64,000 nt of DNA from Gammaproteobacteria bacterium. Lineage in GTDB: Bacteria; Pseudomonadota; Gammaproteobacteria; UBA4575. A program made the position numbers and the translations under genes. Positions within the stretch are counted from its first letter, which is position 1. The number at the start of each line of letters is the position of its first letter. Under the pieces are notes generated by a model that saw nothing but the letters and a program-made list of their open reading frames with translations, was not told the DNA's origin and ran no database searches. Location of the stretch: positions 32,001-96,000 of the forward strand of contig CBDCTA010000028.1 of the NCBI GenBank assembly GCA_965221955.1, written 5' to 3'. Shown here one piece after another: positions 41,367 to 52,430 of this stretch.

Positions 41367-42272
41367 ATGGAACACTCGCATCAGCATCCCACTCCTAAAA
41401 ACTATAACTTGGCCTTTGCAATTGGCACTGCTTTAAATGTTACTTTTGTAGTGGTAGAAGCTATTTTTGGATTTTTATCAAATTCATTAGCACTCATAGC
41501 AGATGCTGGGCATAACCTAGGCGATGTACTCGCGCTTTTACTATCTTGGGGTGCAACCTACTTAGCGCAACGTAAGCCAACACGTACCAAAACCTATGGC
41601 TTACGAAGAGGTACAATTTTGGCTGCATTTATCAGCAGCTTGATATTACTCATGACCATGAGCATCGTCGCATGGGAAGCAATAGGCAGATTCACATCAC
41701 CATTAGAAGTGAACTCAATGACCATTATCATCGTTGCAGCAATTGGCGTGGTAATTAATACTGCTACGGCTTTACTTTTCTTATCCAGTCAACATGAAGA
41801 CCTAAATATCAGGGCTGCATTTATACATATGACGGCTGATGCTGGAGTATCGCTAGGTGTTGTACTTGGAGGAATTGCAATTTTATACACAAGTTTATTT
41901 TGGATCGATCCTGCTGTGAGTTTGATCATTGTTGTTGTCATTATCATCAGCACCTGGGGTGTATTTAGAGATTCATTCAACCTTGCGCTGGATGGAGTTC
42001 CCAAAGGCATTGATATCGATGAAGTAGAAAAGTTTATCCTACAACAAGAAGGTGTAAGCGCAGTGCATGACTTGCATATTTGGGCCATGAGTACAACACA
42101 AGTTGCACTCACCACGCACCTCGTACGTGATTCACATAAACTTGATGATCAATTTGTCCATCAACTAAGTAAAGCGCTGCATGATAAGTTCGGAATCATC
42201 CACCCAACTATACAAATAGAGTCAGGAAACCAAGCACAACTCTGTGATCAGGCTCATCATGACAGTATTTAA
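41367..42272 (+). CDS. cation diffusion facilitator (CzcD/ZitB-like)
   Basis: ADAGHNLGD, AFIHMTAD, HDLHIW, HPTIQIE. Confidence 0.92.
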   Translation: MEHSHQHPTPKNYNLAFAIGTALNVTFVVVEAIFGFLSNSLALIADAGHNLGDVLALLLSWGATYLAQRKPTRTKTYGLRRGTILAAFISSLILLMTMSIVAWEAIGRFTSPLEVNSMTIIIVAAIGVVINTATALLFLSSQHEDLNIRAAFIHMTADAGVSLGVVLGGIAILYTSLFWIDPAVSLIIVVVIIISTWGVFRDSFNLALDGVPKGIDIDEVEKFILQQEGVSAVHDLHIWAMSTTQVALTTHLVRDSHKLDDQFVHQLSKALHDKFGIIHPTIQIESGNQAQLCDQAHHDSI

Positions 42273-42463
42273 TAAATCGAGAATATTTAGGTAGTGTAAG
42301 GCCTCTAATCGTTCAGTCTCATTTTTTTAGTATAGGTGGAAACAGCATTCGCTTATCACAAGTTAGCTGTTACAAAATATAGCTCCAATACTATCATGTG
42401 ACTACACACGCTACGATAATATTTACTTAATAATAATCTGTATTCAACAATTTTATTGTTGAC

Positions 42464-44965
42464 TTAAATTCTTGATGCTTTCATCGCTGTAAGCAATAAA
42501 GGGATAATACTAAAAGTGGCAAAAATGGAAATTAACATGGCCAAACATGTAAATAATCCAAAATATATTGATGGAGTGAAATTAGAGAATATAAGTAGTA
42601 CAAAACCAGACGCTATAGTTATCGAAGTAAACCATAGCGCTTTACCTACTGTAAGTTGTGAAGCTGAAATTGATTTGTAGACATCTTTTTTTTGCGCGAA
42701 TTCTTTCCTATAACGATGAATATAGTGAATTGCATCATCCACTCCAATACCTATTGTAATTGCTGCAATAGTTATAGTCATAATGTTTAAAGGTATTTTT
42801 AATAAACCCATTATTCCTAAGACTAGTATGGCTGTAAAAATATTGGGTAATATTGCAATGAATGCATACTTAATATTTCGAAACAAAATCGAAAGCACAA
42901 TAAATATACTTACAAAGACAAACCCAAGTGTAAGAATTTGAGAACGATACAAACTTTGCAATACATTATTATATAGCACACCAATCCCCGTGATATTTAC
43001 ATGTATCCCCATTTTCTCCGGGAAAAGGCTTATTAAATGTTTTTCTATATTATTTAGTAAATCGTTTCGGACCAAACTATGATCTGAATCTTTTAGTCTC
43101 GCAACAATTCTAGCCTGATCCCCTGCTTTTGAAAGATATGGATGTATTAAAATTGGCAAAGTATTTTCGGGTAGTTTTGAATAAATCAATGATAACTGAA
43201 AATCTTCTAGCTCCTTATCTCGCACAATATGTCTAAAGATATTTTCGGTGCTATATAAAGACAATACTTTACCTATTTGAGGTAATGACTCTAAATAAGT
43301 ATGAATTGTTCTGATTTTTTCTATACCTCTTCTATTGTACCAATAGCTTTGCGATGCAAAACCTTCGGAAGATTCATCCAGATCTTCTAAATAATCATCA
43401 AACTCATCTAATTCATCATCTATAAGTTCAGGCTCATCACTTTCTATAGGCGCATCTAAGACAACTTCAATCGGCACTGTTCCGCCTAGCTTTTGATCTA
43501 TAAATGCCAATCCCCTGTGTATCTCAGTAGTTTCTTTAAAGTAATCTATAAACCTATTCTCAACCGTTAGTTTTATTATACCAAGACCACTAATTAATAA
43601 ACTAATCGATAAAATAATTATCACTGTAGCTTTGTTATTTAGAATAAGCGCCAATGATTTTTCTAGAAAATTATGCGAGTAATGCTCATGCAAAGGTTTT
43701 GACTTAGGCTTTAATAACTGAATGAGCAATGGAAGAAAGGTGAAAGAGATCATATATGCTCCACACAAACCAATAACCATAATATAGCCAAATACAATTA
43801 CTGGTTTTATATCGCTTATAATTAAGGACAAAAATGCAATCGTAGAAGTTACCACCATAAATAAACATGGAGTACTAATATGTTCTATTGAAATACACAA
43901 CCTATCTCTAAAACTCGAGATGTTTTGCGATGCATCTTCTTCTTGATATCTAACTACGACATGTATGCTAATTGCTAAAGAAAATATTAATAAAATAGCT
44001 ACATAATTTGATGAGACAACTGTTAACTTATAATCAAGGAGTCCTATTAAACCAGAGACCATCAAAACATTAACAAATGCACTAAAAAGGGTTATCCCAA
44101 CCCAAGCCACATTATGAAATATGACAAATAAAATAATTGCCATCGCTAGAATGGCAACAACACCAAACACTTTTATATCATTTAGTACATAACTCTTCAT
44201 ATCGTGCGCTATCAACGGTGCGCCGCTAATATATGATTCAAATGAGTTCTCATTTGTGTATAAAATATTTCGTATCTTTTTTAATACCGATTTAATACGT
44301 TTATTATCAAGGTCTCTGAGCTGTTCTAGCCTATCATTTATTATTTCGATATCAATTTTGTCTTGTCTAGATTGAAGATTATTCTCTCGCTTCTCTATCA
44401 GTAAATATCGTTGGTCAAAAAGATCCTTATATTCACGCCTTTCTTCAAAATCGAGCTTAAACGCTGCTATTTTCAAATCCTTGCTAACAATATTTCTTTC
44501 ATACAAAGGATTGGTTAAAAACTCATTTTCTACTTTATCAAAATCTATATTTTTAGATGTTAAAAAAGGGAAAAGAATCTCTGTATTTTCATCTTTATTC
44601 GAAGATTGATATATCAACGGCACATTAGAGATACTCGTAACACTTGATATCTCTTCAAGTTCGCCGAATTGTTTCGTTAATTCTTCAATTTTACTTACAG
44701 AGGTGGGAGAGAGAATCGTATCAGCGAGATGAACAGCTACAACCATATAAACATCTGTTCCATACTCGTCATGTATAGAACGGTAAAACTTTAGATCTGG
44801 GTCACTCTCTAGCAATAATGAATCTGGTGATGCATCAATAGTCAGGTATTTTATTGGCCATGACATTAATATCATTACCAAGAACATAAGGACTAGAGAT
44901 AGATAGGGTCGCTTCGTTATAGCATGAACAACATAACTCGCTGAAGTTTCCCAGAGTTTCATCAA
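42464..44965 (-). CDS. MMPL/RND-family transporter
   Basis: 833 aa, two TM bundles, GIGVDDAIH; paralog of the next gene. Confidence 0.88.
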   Translation of the reverse strand: MMKLWETSASYVVHAITKRPYLSLVLMFLVMILMSWPIKYLTIDASPDSLLLESDPDLKFYRSIHDEYGTDVYMVVAVHLADTILSPTSVSKIEELTKQFGELEEISSVTSISNVPLIYQSSNKDENTEILFPFLTSKNIDFDKVENEFLTNPLYERNIVSKDLKIAAFKLDFEERREYKDLFDQRYLLIEKRENNLQSRQDKIDIEIINDRLEQLRDLDNKRIKSVLKKIRNILYTNENSFESYISGAPLIAHDMKSYVLNDIKVFGVVAILAMAIILFVIFHNVAWVGITLFSAFVNVLMVSGLIGLLDYKLTVVSSNYVAILLIFSLAISIHVVVRYQEEDASQNISSFRDRLCISIEHISTPCLFMVVTSTIAFLSLIISDIKPVIVFGYIMVIGLCGAYMISFTFLPLLIQLLKPKSKPLHEHYSHNFLEKSLALILNNKATVIIILSISLLISGLGIIKLTVENRFIDYFKETTEIHRGLAFIDQKLGGTVPIEVVLDAPIESDEPELIDDELDEFDDYLEDLDESSEGFASQSYWYNRRGIEKIRTIHTYLESLPQIGKVLSLYSTENIFRHIVRDKELEDFQLSLIYSKLPENTLPILIHPYLSKAGDQARIVARLKDSDHSLVRNDLLNNIEKHLISLFPEKMGIHVNITGIGVLYNNVLQSLYRSQILTLGFVFVSIFIVLSILFRNIKYAFIAILPNIFTAILVLGIMGLLKIPLNIMTITIAAITIGIGVDDAIHYIHRYRKEFAQKKDVYKSISASQLTVGKALWFTSITIASGFVLLIFSNFTPSIYFGLFTCLAMLISIFATFSIIPLLLTAMKASRI

Positions 44966-45127
44966 AATTTTACAATATATCCAGTTCTAGTAATGCATGC
45001 ACAATTACTAATAGATGTTATTAGATATATAAAATAAAGACTTCTAAAGAAGAATTTAATGAGCTGTGTCAAACATACTCTAAGTTTTTATAATTTAAGA
45101 TAAACACTACATTGCGGACCAATAGCC

Positions 45128-47617
45128 TCATGACTCTAGAGGTCTCATGGTAGATAGTAGTAAAGGAATAATACTAAACGTTGCAAAAAGAGCTACTAGC
45201 ATCGCTATACTAGTAAGCATGCCAAAATATATAGAAGGAACAAAATTCGACAAGACCAATATAACAAAGCCCAGTGTTATGGTTATTGAAGTAAAATAAA
45301 GTGCTTTACCAACCGTTGTTTGTGATGTATGTATGGCTTGAAAATTATCTCTATTTTGCGCGAACTCTTTCTTATAGCGGTGTATATAATGGATAGCATA
45401 GTCTACGCCAATTCCTATTGTTATCGCTGCTATAGTTATAGTCATAATATCTAAGGGAATATTTAACACGCCCATTAACCCTAAAATAAATAAAGCTGTG
45501 AATATATTTGGCAATGTGCCTATTACTGCTAGCTTGAAATTACGAAACAAAATAATAAGCATAATAAAAATACATACAAAGACAGTACCAAGTGTCAAAA
45601 TTTGAGAACGAAATAGACTTTGTAAAACATTATTGTAAAGTACACTAATACCTGTTAAGCGCACAGTTTCACCATTTTTTATAAACTCTTCATTTAAGTC
45701 TGCTTTAATCTTATTTAATAAATCGTTACGTATAAGTGTATGATCAGAATCTTTAATGCGCGCTAAAATACGTGCTTGACCACCATCAGTTGACACATAT
45801 GGCGAAATTAGCACCTGTTTTACATTATCTGGAATTTTTGTATAGACAAGAGAGAGATGAAAATCTTCTAGTGGTTCACCCTTATTAATTGTACGAAATA
45901 CTTCTTCTGTACTCGATAAAGACAATACTTTTCCTACTTGAGGCAAACCCTCTAAATATTTATGAATTTTGTTGATTTTTTTAATCCCACTTCTGTTATA
46001 CCAATAACTTTGAGCTGTGAAATCATCTTGAGTGCCTTCTAAATTAGCCAAGTAATCTCCAAATTCTTCATCTTCCTCTGCATCTTCATCCTCTTCTTCC
46101 TGGCTCTCATCGATCTCTAGCATCACTTCTAATGGAACAGTGCCTCCAAGCTCTTGATCTACTAGTTCTAAACCTTGGTATATATCCGTGGTCTTCTTAA
46201 AGTAATCAATAAATCGATTCTCAACAGTTATTTGACTAATACCAATGATATTTAGTACAAACATGCCCACTACAATAGTAATTGTTAGTGCCTTATTTTT
46301 GATTATAACGTTAAGCAGATTTTCTAAAAGTACAGCAGAATTATCTTGTTCGAGTTCTCTCGATTGAGGCTTAATGAGTTTTATCAAAGCGGGTAATACA
46401 GTGAAAGTAAGTAAAAACGCACATATAAGACCAAGAATCATAATATAACCAAATATGATTACTGGATTAATGTCACTTACTATCAAAGAGAAAAATGCAA
46501 TAGCTGAAGTCAAAATCATATAAAAACATGGCGTGATAATTTGTGATAAAGCAATTTTTAGATTTTCGTCTACTGCATTATTTGGCTGTAGTTTTTGAAT
46601 TTCTTGATATCGAATAATTACGTGTATAGACAAAGTAATTGAAAATATAATAAGCAATGCTACAAAATTAGACGATATAATGGTTAATTGAAAACCCAGC
46701 AAGGATGTTAAACCTGCTACTAGCAATACATTTAAAATCGCACAAATAAGCGCCAAAAATATCCAAGCAGGTTTTCTAAAAAATACAAATAACACTAAAA
46801 TCATTATTGATAAAATTGCGACACCAAAGGTTCTAATATCTTTTCCAACAAACACTTTCATATCATTGCCAATCAAAGGAGCACCTGCTAAATAAAATTC
46901 TCCCGCATTATCAGCATTTCCGATTATTTCGCGCACTTCTCGAAGTACATCTGTATATCTTTTATTAATATTCTGTCTTTCTAATAAGATATTAGCTCGA
47001 AGTCTTTCGAGTTCAGAACTGTCTTCTTCAGTTAATTTCTGATTGTTTTGTTTTTCAAGAAATACATATTTATCTTCAAGTAGACCAATCAAGGTTGTAT
47101 TTTTTTGTATATCAATCTTTATTGCAGTAGTGCTTAAATTTTCATCAACAAGATTATTTAAATAGATAGGACTCGTAGTAAACTCTGTCTTGGCTTTATC
47201 AATGTCTACTTGAGACGAAAGCAGGTTAGAAAAACTTGTCTCCCCTGTTTTCTTATCTCTTTGTATTTGAAGCAATAAAGGAACATTACTTAATGATGTT
47301 ACAGAAGATACTCCTTTAATTTTTCTAAATTTTTCAGAAATATCATCAATAAATTTAATTGTAGTGTCTTTTAAAAGTTCATTATTTGGCTTATAACCAA
47401 CAATAATAAATTCGTCGGTACCATAGTGCCGGTGCACTTCACGATAATATTTGAGGTCTGGATCACTCTCTAGCATGAGAGAATCAGGCGATGCATCAAT
47501 ATTTAAGTCTTTTATGTAAACGCTAGATGCTGCAATTAGGGCTAACATGAAAACCAATACCACAATTGGTTTGCGAATAATAAAAGCTGTCATCGCATTA
47601 ATAATATTTTGAAACAT
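45128..47617 (-). CDS. MMPL/RND-family transporter
   Basis: 829 aa, GIGVDYAIH, ENRFIDYFK. Confidence 0.88.
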   Translation of the reverse strand: MFQNIINAMTAFIIRKPIVVLVFMLALIAASSVYIKDLNIDASPDSLMLESDPDLKYYREVHRHYGTDEFIIVGYKPNNELLKDTTIKFIDDISEKFRKIKGVSSVTSLSNVPLLLQIQRDKKTGETSFSNLLSSQVDIDKAKTEFTTSPIYLNNLVDENLSTTAIKIDIQKNTTLIGLLEDKYVFLEKQNNQKLTEEDSSELERLRANILLERQNINKRYTDVLREVREIIGNADNAGEFYLAGAPLIGNDMKVFVGKDIRTFGVAILSIMILVLFVFFRKPAWIFLALICAILNVLLVAGLTSLLGFQLTIISSNFVALLIIFSITLSIHVIIRYQEIQKLQPNNAVDENLKIALSQIITPCFYMILTSAIAFFSLIVSDINPVIIFGYIMILGLICAFLLTFTVLPALIKLIKPQSRELEQDNSAVLLENLLNVIIKNKALTITIVVGMFVLNIIGISQITVENRFIDYFKKTTDIYQGLELVDQELGGTVPLEVMLEIDESQEEEDEDAEEDEEFGDYLANLEGTQDDFTAQSYWYNRSGIKKINKIHKYLEGLPQVGKVLSLSSTEEVFRTINKGEPLEDFHLSLVYTKIPDNVKQVLISPYVSTDGGQARILARIKDSDHTLIRNDLLNKIKADLNEEFIKNGETVRLTGISVLYNNVLQSLFRSQILTLGTVFVCIFIMLIILFRNFKLAVIGTLPNIFTALFILGLMGVLNIPLDIMTITIAAITIGIGVDYAIHYIHRYKKEFAQNRDNFQAIHTSQTTVGKALYFTSITITLGFVILVLSNFVPSIYFGMLTSIAMLVALFATFSIIPLLLSTMRPLES

Positions 47618-47657
47618 TTTTAGATTTTTTATTTTTATAAGAAATAATTTAAATCGA

Positions 47658-48254
47658 CTAATTGTGTTCGATTAAATTTTTGAATTCGCTTATCTGTGAT
47701 TTATGTAAAATATGAGGGTTTATTTTAGCCTTTTTTATAAACTTATTAAATTTAGCATCGACACAATTACTACTAGTTAAGCTTTCTATATTCTTTTCTT
47801 CTATTACTTTTTCACTAGATTTAACGAGTATTAAATTTTTCAACTCAAGCTCTTGTGCAAGCCAAACTGCCAAGCTGTCTGATGTTACATTCCATGATTT
47901 TTCTATTTCATTATTATCTCGCAACATCTCATAAGGTTCCCAAATCGCAATCTTTGAATCTTTCCAGGCACTGTAAATTTCTTCTTTCGAGTTTGCCTTG
48001 ATCATGCTTGAACAGAGAGATACCAGCAAAGTGCCGTATTGCTGCATCGCCATTAGTGCCATGTTGTGAGCCTGTTCTTGAGGTAAACTAAATTTCTCAT
48101 CTGCCTGCCTAACCTGATCAGCAAATGGGCCCCCACCAGGAACAATAATTACATTTTTATTTGCAAAATGATCGATTGCTTTCAGCCACTCTACTAGATA
48201 TTTACTCCCATACAAACTACCCCCTATTTTTATTCCCCAAGCATCCATGAACAC
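47658..48254 (-). CDS. amino-acid-kinase-family protein (Orf21/MfnE-like)
   Basis: KIGGSL, PGGGPFAD, SWNVTSDSLA. Confidence 0.82.
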   Translation of the reverse strand: MFMDAWGIKIGGSLYGSKYLVEWLKAIDHFANKNVIIVPGGGPFADQVRQADEKFSLPQEQAHNMALMAMQQYGTLLVSLCSSMIKANSKEEIYSAWKDSKIAIWEPYEMLRDNNEIEKSWNVTSDSLAVWLAQELELKNLILVKSSEKVIEEKNIESLTSSNCVDAKFNKFIKKAKINPHILHKSQISEFKNLIEHN

Positions 48255-48255
48255 A

Positions 48256-49662
48256 TTACTCAGTAGTTTGAGCGTACCGTCTATCCTGACTCAGCACTTG
48301 CATCATAGCCGCCGCTTTATCGAAGGTTTCTTGATATTCTGAACTGACCTCAGAATCATGCACAATCCCACCGCCTGCATAAAAATACATCTGCTGCTGT
48401 TGATGTAAAATAGTACGAATAGCAATATTTGTATCCATATAACCATTATTGCTGATATAACCAATTGCCCCACAATAAACACCTCGTCTATGTGGTTCCA
48501 ACTCTTCAATAACCTCCATAGCACGCAACTTCGGCGCACCCGTAATCGAGCCCCCAGGGAAACTGCCACGCAAAAGATCAATAGCATTACGATTTTGCTC
48601 TAATTTTCCTGTAATCGTACTCACCATATGATGCACGTTTGGAAAACTTTCAATATCAAATAATTTAGGTACTTTTACTGAACCCAAAGCACAATTTTTA
48701 CTAATATCATTCCGCAACAAATCAACAATCATTACATTTTCAGCTTGATCTTTTTTACTGTTTTTAAGTTCTTGCAACAAAACATCATCTTTAGTTTGTT
48801 CCTTGGAACGCGGACGTGTTCCCTTAATCGGCTTAGTTTGCACAATTTTATCTTTTACTGAAAGAAATCTTTCAGGCGAATTACTGAGAATTTGAAATTC
48901 CGGATAATTTAAGTAAGCACTAAATGGTGATGGATTAATTGTTCTCAACATGCAGTACGCCAACCAAGGATCTCCTTCGACTACAGCACTGAAACGCTGA
49001 GCAAGATTTACCTGGTAACAATCACCCTCTTTAATATAATTTTTGATCTTATTAAATGCTTCAGCATAAAAAGACTCTGTCATATTTGAGCGCACTTCGC
49101 TCAAAACATTAAATTCTTGTCGAGTTTTCAGAAAGTTTACATTATCAGTAGCATATTGAACTAAATCATCCCAGTCTCGCTGCAGACGCAGATCACTTTT
49201 ATCTCCAACAATAAAAGTTTTTTTCTCAGCATGATCAACAATGATTGCCCATGAGTAAATTCCAACCTTCATATCTGCTAACTGCAAATCGTCCACTGCA
49301 GTTTCAGGTATTTTCTCGATACTTCGGCCTAAATCATAACTAAAATAACCTAAAGCTCCACCTACAAATGGTAACTTGTGATCTGTATTATTTCCGCCTA
49401 GATCTAAAGGAAGATAGTCTTTAAGGATTGCAAATGGATCCCCGGGGACAGTTAAAGAATCAGAACTCGAATCTATTTTATTTATTCTATCGCGGCTAGT
49501 AATACAAACTTTTGGGCGCGACGAAATAATATCATATCGGCCATGAATACTATTAGGTTGATTGCTGTCTAAAAATATCGACCAAGGCTCATCAGCAAAT
49601 TTATCAAACAACAAACTACTGTCAGCTTGATATGGGATTTCAACTAATAAATAGTCACTCAT
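48256..49662 (-). CDS. pabB: aminodeoxychorismate synthase component I
   Basis: GDCYQVNL, SPERF, PIKGTRPR, MIVDLLRND, SITGAPK. Confidence 0.92.
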   Translation of the reverse strand: MSDYLLVEIPYQADSSLLFDKFADEPWSIFLDSNQPNSIHGRYDIISSRPKVCITSRDRINKIDSSSDSLTVPGDPFAILKDYLPLDLGGNNTDHKLPFVGGALGYFSYDLGRSIEKIPETAVDDLQLADMKVGIYSWAIIVDHAEKKTFIVGDKSDLRLQRDWDDLVQYATDNVNFLKTRQEFNVLSEVRSNMTESFYAEAFNKIKNYIKEGDCYQVNLAQRFSAVVEGDPWLAYCMLRTINPSPFSAYLNYPEFQILSNSPERFLSVKDKIVQTKPIKGTRPRSKEQTKDDVLLQELKNSKKDQAENVMIVDLLRNDISKNCALGSVKVPKLFDIESFPNVHHMVSTITGKLEQNRNAIDLLRGSFPGGSITGAPKLRAMEVIEELEPHRRGVYCGAIGYISNNGYMDTNIAIRTILHQQQQMYFYAGGGIVHDSEVSSEYQETFDKAAAMMQVLSQDRRYAQTTE

Positions 49663-49675
49663 GAAATCACTCGCA

Positions 49676-50725
49676 TTAACTGTTCATCGCTAGACATGCA
49701 ACAGCCGCCGCAGGCCCACAATCACCAACCCCAAATCCTTCACCGTCAGAATCGATAGTAAAAAGACTTTCATAATCAACATATTCACGTCCAAGTTGCG
49801 AAGCGACATCTTTCACCAAGAAACGCCCAACCCCTGCTCCTACTACAGGTGCATCAAGAGATATTTGTTTTTGCATAAGCTGATGACGACATGCATCTTT
49901 AATCATCTGTACTTGCATGCTGCGCACTTGCTTTGCGACTGCATTCCAAATATCTAATTCAGATGAATCTGCATCATTAGCAAACATTCTGGCAAGTCGC
50001 TTAACACTGCTCAGGCAATCTTTTGCACGACTATCCAGTGTTTCACCTACATCTACATATTCTTCTAATTCACCTGTTATACGATAAACATCCGCAGTAT
50101 TAGAAAAATACTCATTAATTACAGGCACGCTTTGTGTTTTAACAATCGCACTTTTACAAATGGCAAAAATGGGGGTCCTAACCACACCACAATAAACAAG
50201 TTCTTTTGCAATAAGCCTTTGCTCATCTGTATAGCCATTGTAAATTACTTTACCATCTTTAATAGGAATAATATCTGTTGTAGTACTACCAATGTCTATA
50301 AACAAAGCATGTTGAAGTTTTTCAGCTGTGTAACAAGCACTGGCTAACCAGTTCGCAGAAGCTACTTTTTTATATTCAACGATAGCTCGTTCAGCATTTA
50401 TGAAACCTAGCTCACCGGCATAGTAGAACACTTTATCTTCAGATAGTTTTGCGTTTAATTCATTAATGATAGAAATTGTACCCTGCTCACGGTTTTCGAA
50501 GTAGTCAACTAATTCTCCCGTCATCGTGACTGCATGTTTACTATGAGATAAATTTATTCTTTCATGAACAGTTTCAATACACATTCTTAGTTTATCTATA
50601 CCTTTCCATAAAGGGCATGCAAGCTGAAGAACTTCTATAATCGCTTGCTTATTTGCTCGCACAATTTTTACATGCGCACCACCTATATCCCAGCCAACCA
50701 TATTTTGCGTATTATTAAGCGACAC
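49676..50725 (-). CDS. hydantoinase/oxoprolinase-family C1 protein (Orf9/MfnF-like)
   Basis: GWDIGGAH, TMTGEL, SANW, DIGSTTTD. Confidence 0.85.
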   Translation of the reverse strand: MSLNNTQNMVGWDIGGAHVKIVRANKQAIIEVLQLACPLWKGIDKLRMCIETVHERINLSHSKHAVTMTGELVDYFENREQGTISIINELNAKLSEDKVFYYAGELGFINAERAIVEYKKVASANWLASACYTAEKLQHALFIDIGSTTTDIIPIKDGKVIYNGYTDEQRLIAKELVYCGVVRTPIFAICKSAIVKTQSVPVINEYFSNTADVYRITGELEEYVDVGETLDSRAKDCLSSVKRLARMFANDADSSELDIWNAVAKQVRSMQVQMIKDACRHQLMQKQISLDAPVVGAGVGRFLVKDVASQLGREYVDYESLFTIDSDGEGFGVGDCGPAAAVACLAMNS

Positions 50726-51710
50726 GCTCTTCTCTTACATCTACAATAACGCTACTGCCACTTTTTAATTCAATATTCGGCAATCTTTTATTCATAAACG
50801 TTTTCAAAATAAGCTCTGCTGGATTACAACCTAAAGCTGAATGAAGTCCGGCATAAGATGTAGTCAACCTTGGGTTGATTTCAACCAGAAACGTTTCATC
50901 TTCAGTAATTAAGATGTCGATACCTACATAGCCCCTCAAACCTGGTAAGGCTTTTACAAGCTGATTACTAAAGCCGATAAATTGTTCTCGTTGCAAGCTA
51001 TTTACTACACATTGATTTAATTCAAAGTAATTATTTTCTTTGGCTAATATCTGTTTATTTGCACAAAGCAAAATACATTCCCCTTCCCAACATAACAAAC
51101 TTAAACTTGCATTCAATCCTGTTAAATATGGTTGAGCTAGATAATTTTTTTTCTCAGATTGGTTAATATATTTATCAGGATCATCTGCTTGATCTAGCAA
51201 ATGCAGATTCTCACAGCCCACCCCACTTCTAGGCTTAATCATGATCTTATCGGCTTGGATAGAAGATATATCTTCTAAGCTAAAACTAGGAACCTGCGCA
51301 ATATTATGTATTTGCAAAAATTTATAGGTTTTCAACTTATCACTAGTTAAAGAGATGCTGTCTAAAGAACTATTTAAAAGTAAAAATTCTCGTTGGGAAT
51401 ACTTCCTACATAAGTCAGTTAAAATATTGTCAGACTCAGGCGCAATAATTAATAAGGCATCAATTTCATGTGCAATATTTTCTATTATTTGTTCTACATT
51501 TAACTCGGTGCTCACAATATATTCATGAATATTCTGCTCACTACTTGCAAGTCGACAATCTTTCAGAGCGCTTACTTGTATATTTTCAATTTTTGCAAAA
51601 TCATCTGTTATAGCATTTAGCATTAACTCGCCCTCTTTCACCAAAGAAGCCGGCAATGGCTCACCTAACATACCACCACCAGTGATATACTCAAAAATTA
51701 AAATGTTCAT
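50715..51710 (-). CDS. ATP-grasp ligase (Orf1/MfnD-like)
   Basis: Start moved to MNILIFEYITGGG; IIAPES, EINPRLTTSY. Confidence 0.82.
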   Translation of the reverse strand: MNILIFEYITGGGMLGEPLPASLVKEGELMLNAITDDFAKIENIQVSALKDCRLASSEQNIHEYIVSTELNVEQIIENIAHEIDALLIIAPESDNILTDLCRKYSQREFLLLNSSLDSISLTSDKLKTYKFLQIHNIAQVPSFSLEDISSIQADKIMIKPRSGVGCENLHLLDQADDPDKYINQSEKKNYLAQPYLTGLNASLSLLCWEGECILLCANKQILAKENNYFELNQCVVNSLQREQFIGFSNQLVKALPGLRGYVGIDILITEDETFLVEINPRLTTSYAGLHSALGCNPAELILKTFMNKRLPNIELKSGSSVIVDVREERVA

Positions 51711-51719
51711 AATATACAA

Positions 51720-52430
51720 ATGAAGATAATTCCCGTTATAGACCTCTATAAAGGTCTTGTCGTTCATGCTGTAGCAGGAAATAGAAAAAATTATAAAACA
51801 ATTGACTCCAAGATTTGCTCATCAGCAAATCCATTTGATGTAGTAGAGGGCTATTTAGACTTATTTAGTTTCAAATCAATATATATCGCTGACTTAGATG
51901 CTCTTGAGCAACAAGGTGACAATACGAAAATCATTAAATTATTATGTAATAAGTATCCTAATATAGAAGTATGGTTAGATTGTGGAACATCAACAGAAAA
52001 ATATTTACAACAAGAAATCTACAACAACTTACGTTTAATTTTATCCTCTGAATCAATTACCACTACATCAGTCTTCACCACTTTACTTGATCAATATTCT
52101 GAGCATCGTTTTATTTTATCTTTAGACTACAAAGCTAACGAATTACTCGGAACGAATGACTTATTTAATACTAAAAAATACTGGCCCAAAGATCTAATTG
52201 TACTAAATTTAAATAATGTTGGTGTTAAGCAAGGGTTCAAATACCCACTTCAACTTAAGCAGCACAACCTTATTAACGATTTTAATGTTTATTATGGTGG
52301 CGGAATTCGAAATACAGACGATATTGAAAAGTTAGCTTCAATTGGGTTTTCAGGCGCACTTATTTCGACTGCTTTGCATTCTCAAACCATCTCAAGCACT
52401 GAAATCCTTTCTCTCAACCAATTACTTTAA
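51720..52430 (+). CDS. HisA/HisF-like TIM-barrel protein (Orf17)
   Basis: IIPVIDL..G.VVHA, YIADLD, GGGIR. Confidence 0.82.
   Translation: MKIIPVIDLYKGLVVHAVAGNRKNYKTIDSKICSSANPFDVVEGYLDLFSFKSIYIADLDALEQQGDNTKIIKLLCNKYPNIEVWLDCGTSTEKYLQQEIYNNLRLILSSESITTTSVFTTLLDQYSEHRFILSLDYKANELLGTNDLFNTKKYWPKDLIVLNLNNVGVKQGFKYPLQLKQHNLINDFNVYYGGGIRNTDDIEKLASIGFSGALISTALHSQTISSTEILSLNQLL

Noticed and set aside
51711-51767. Track start of the ATP-grasp gene at 51767
   Set aside because: Overlaps orf17 on the opposite strand; the family N-terminus is MNILIFEY at 51710.
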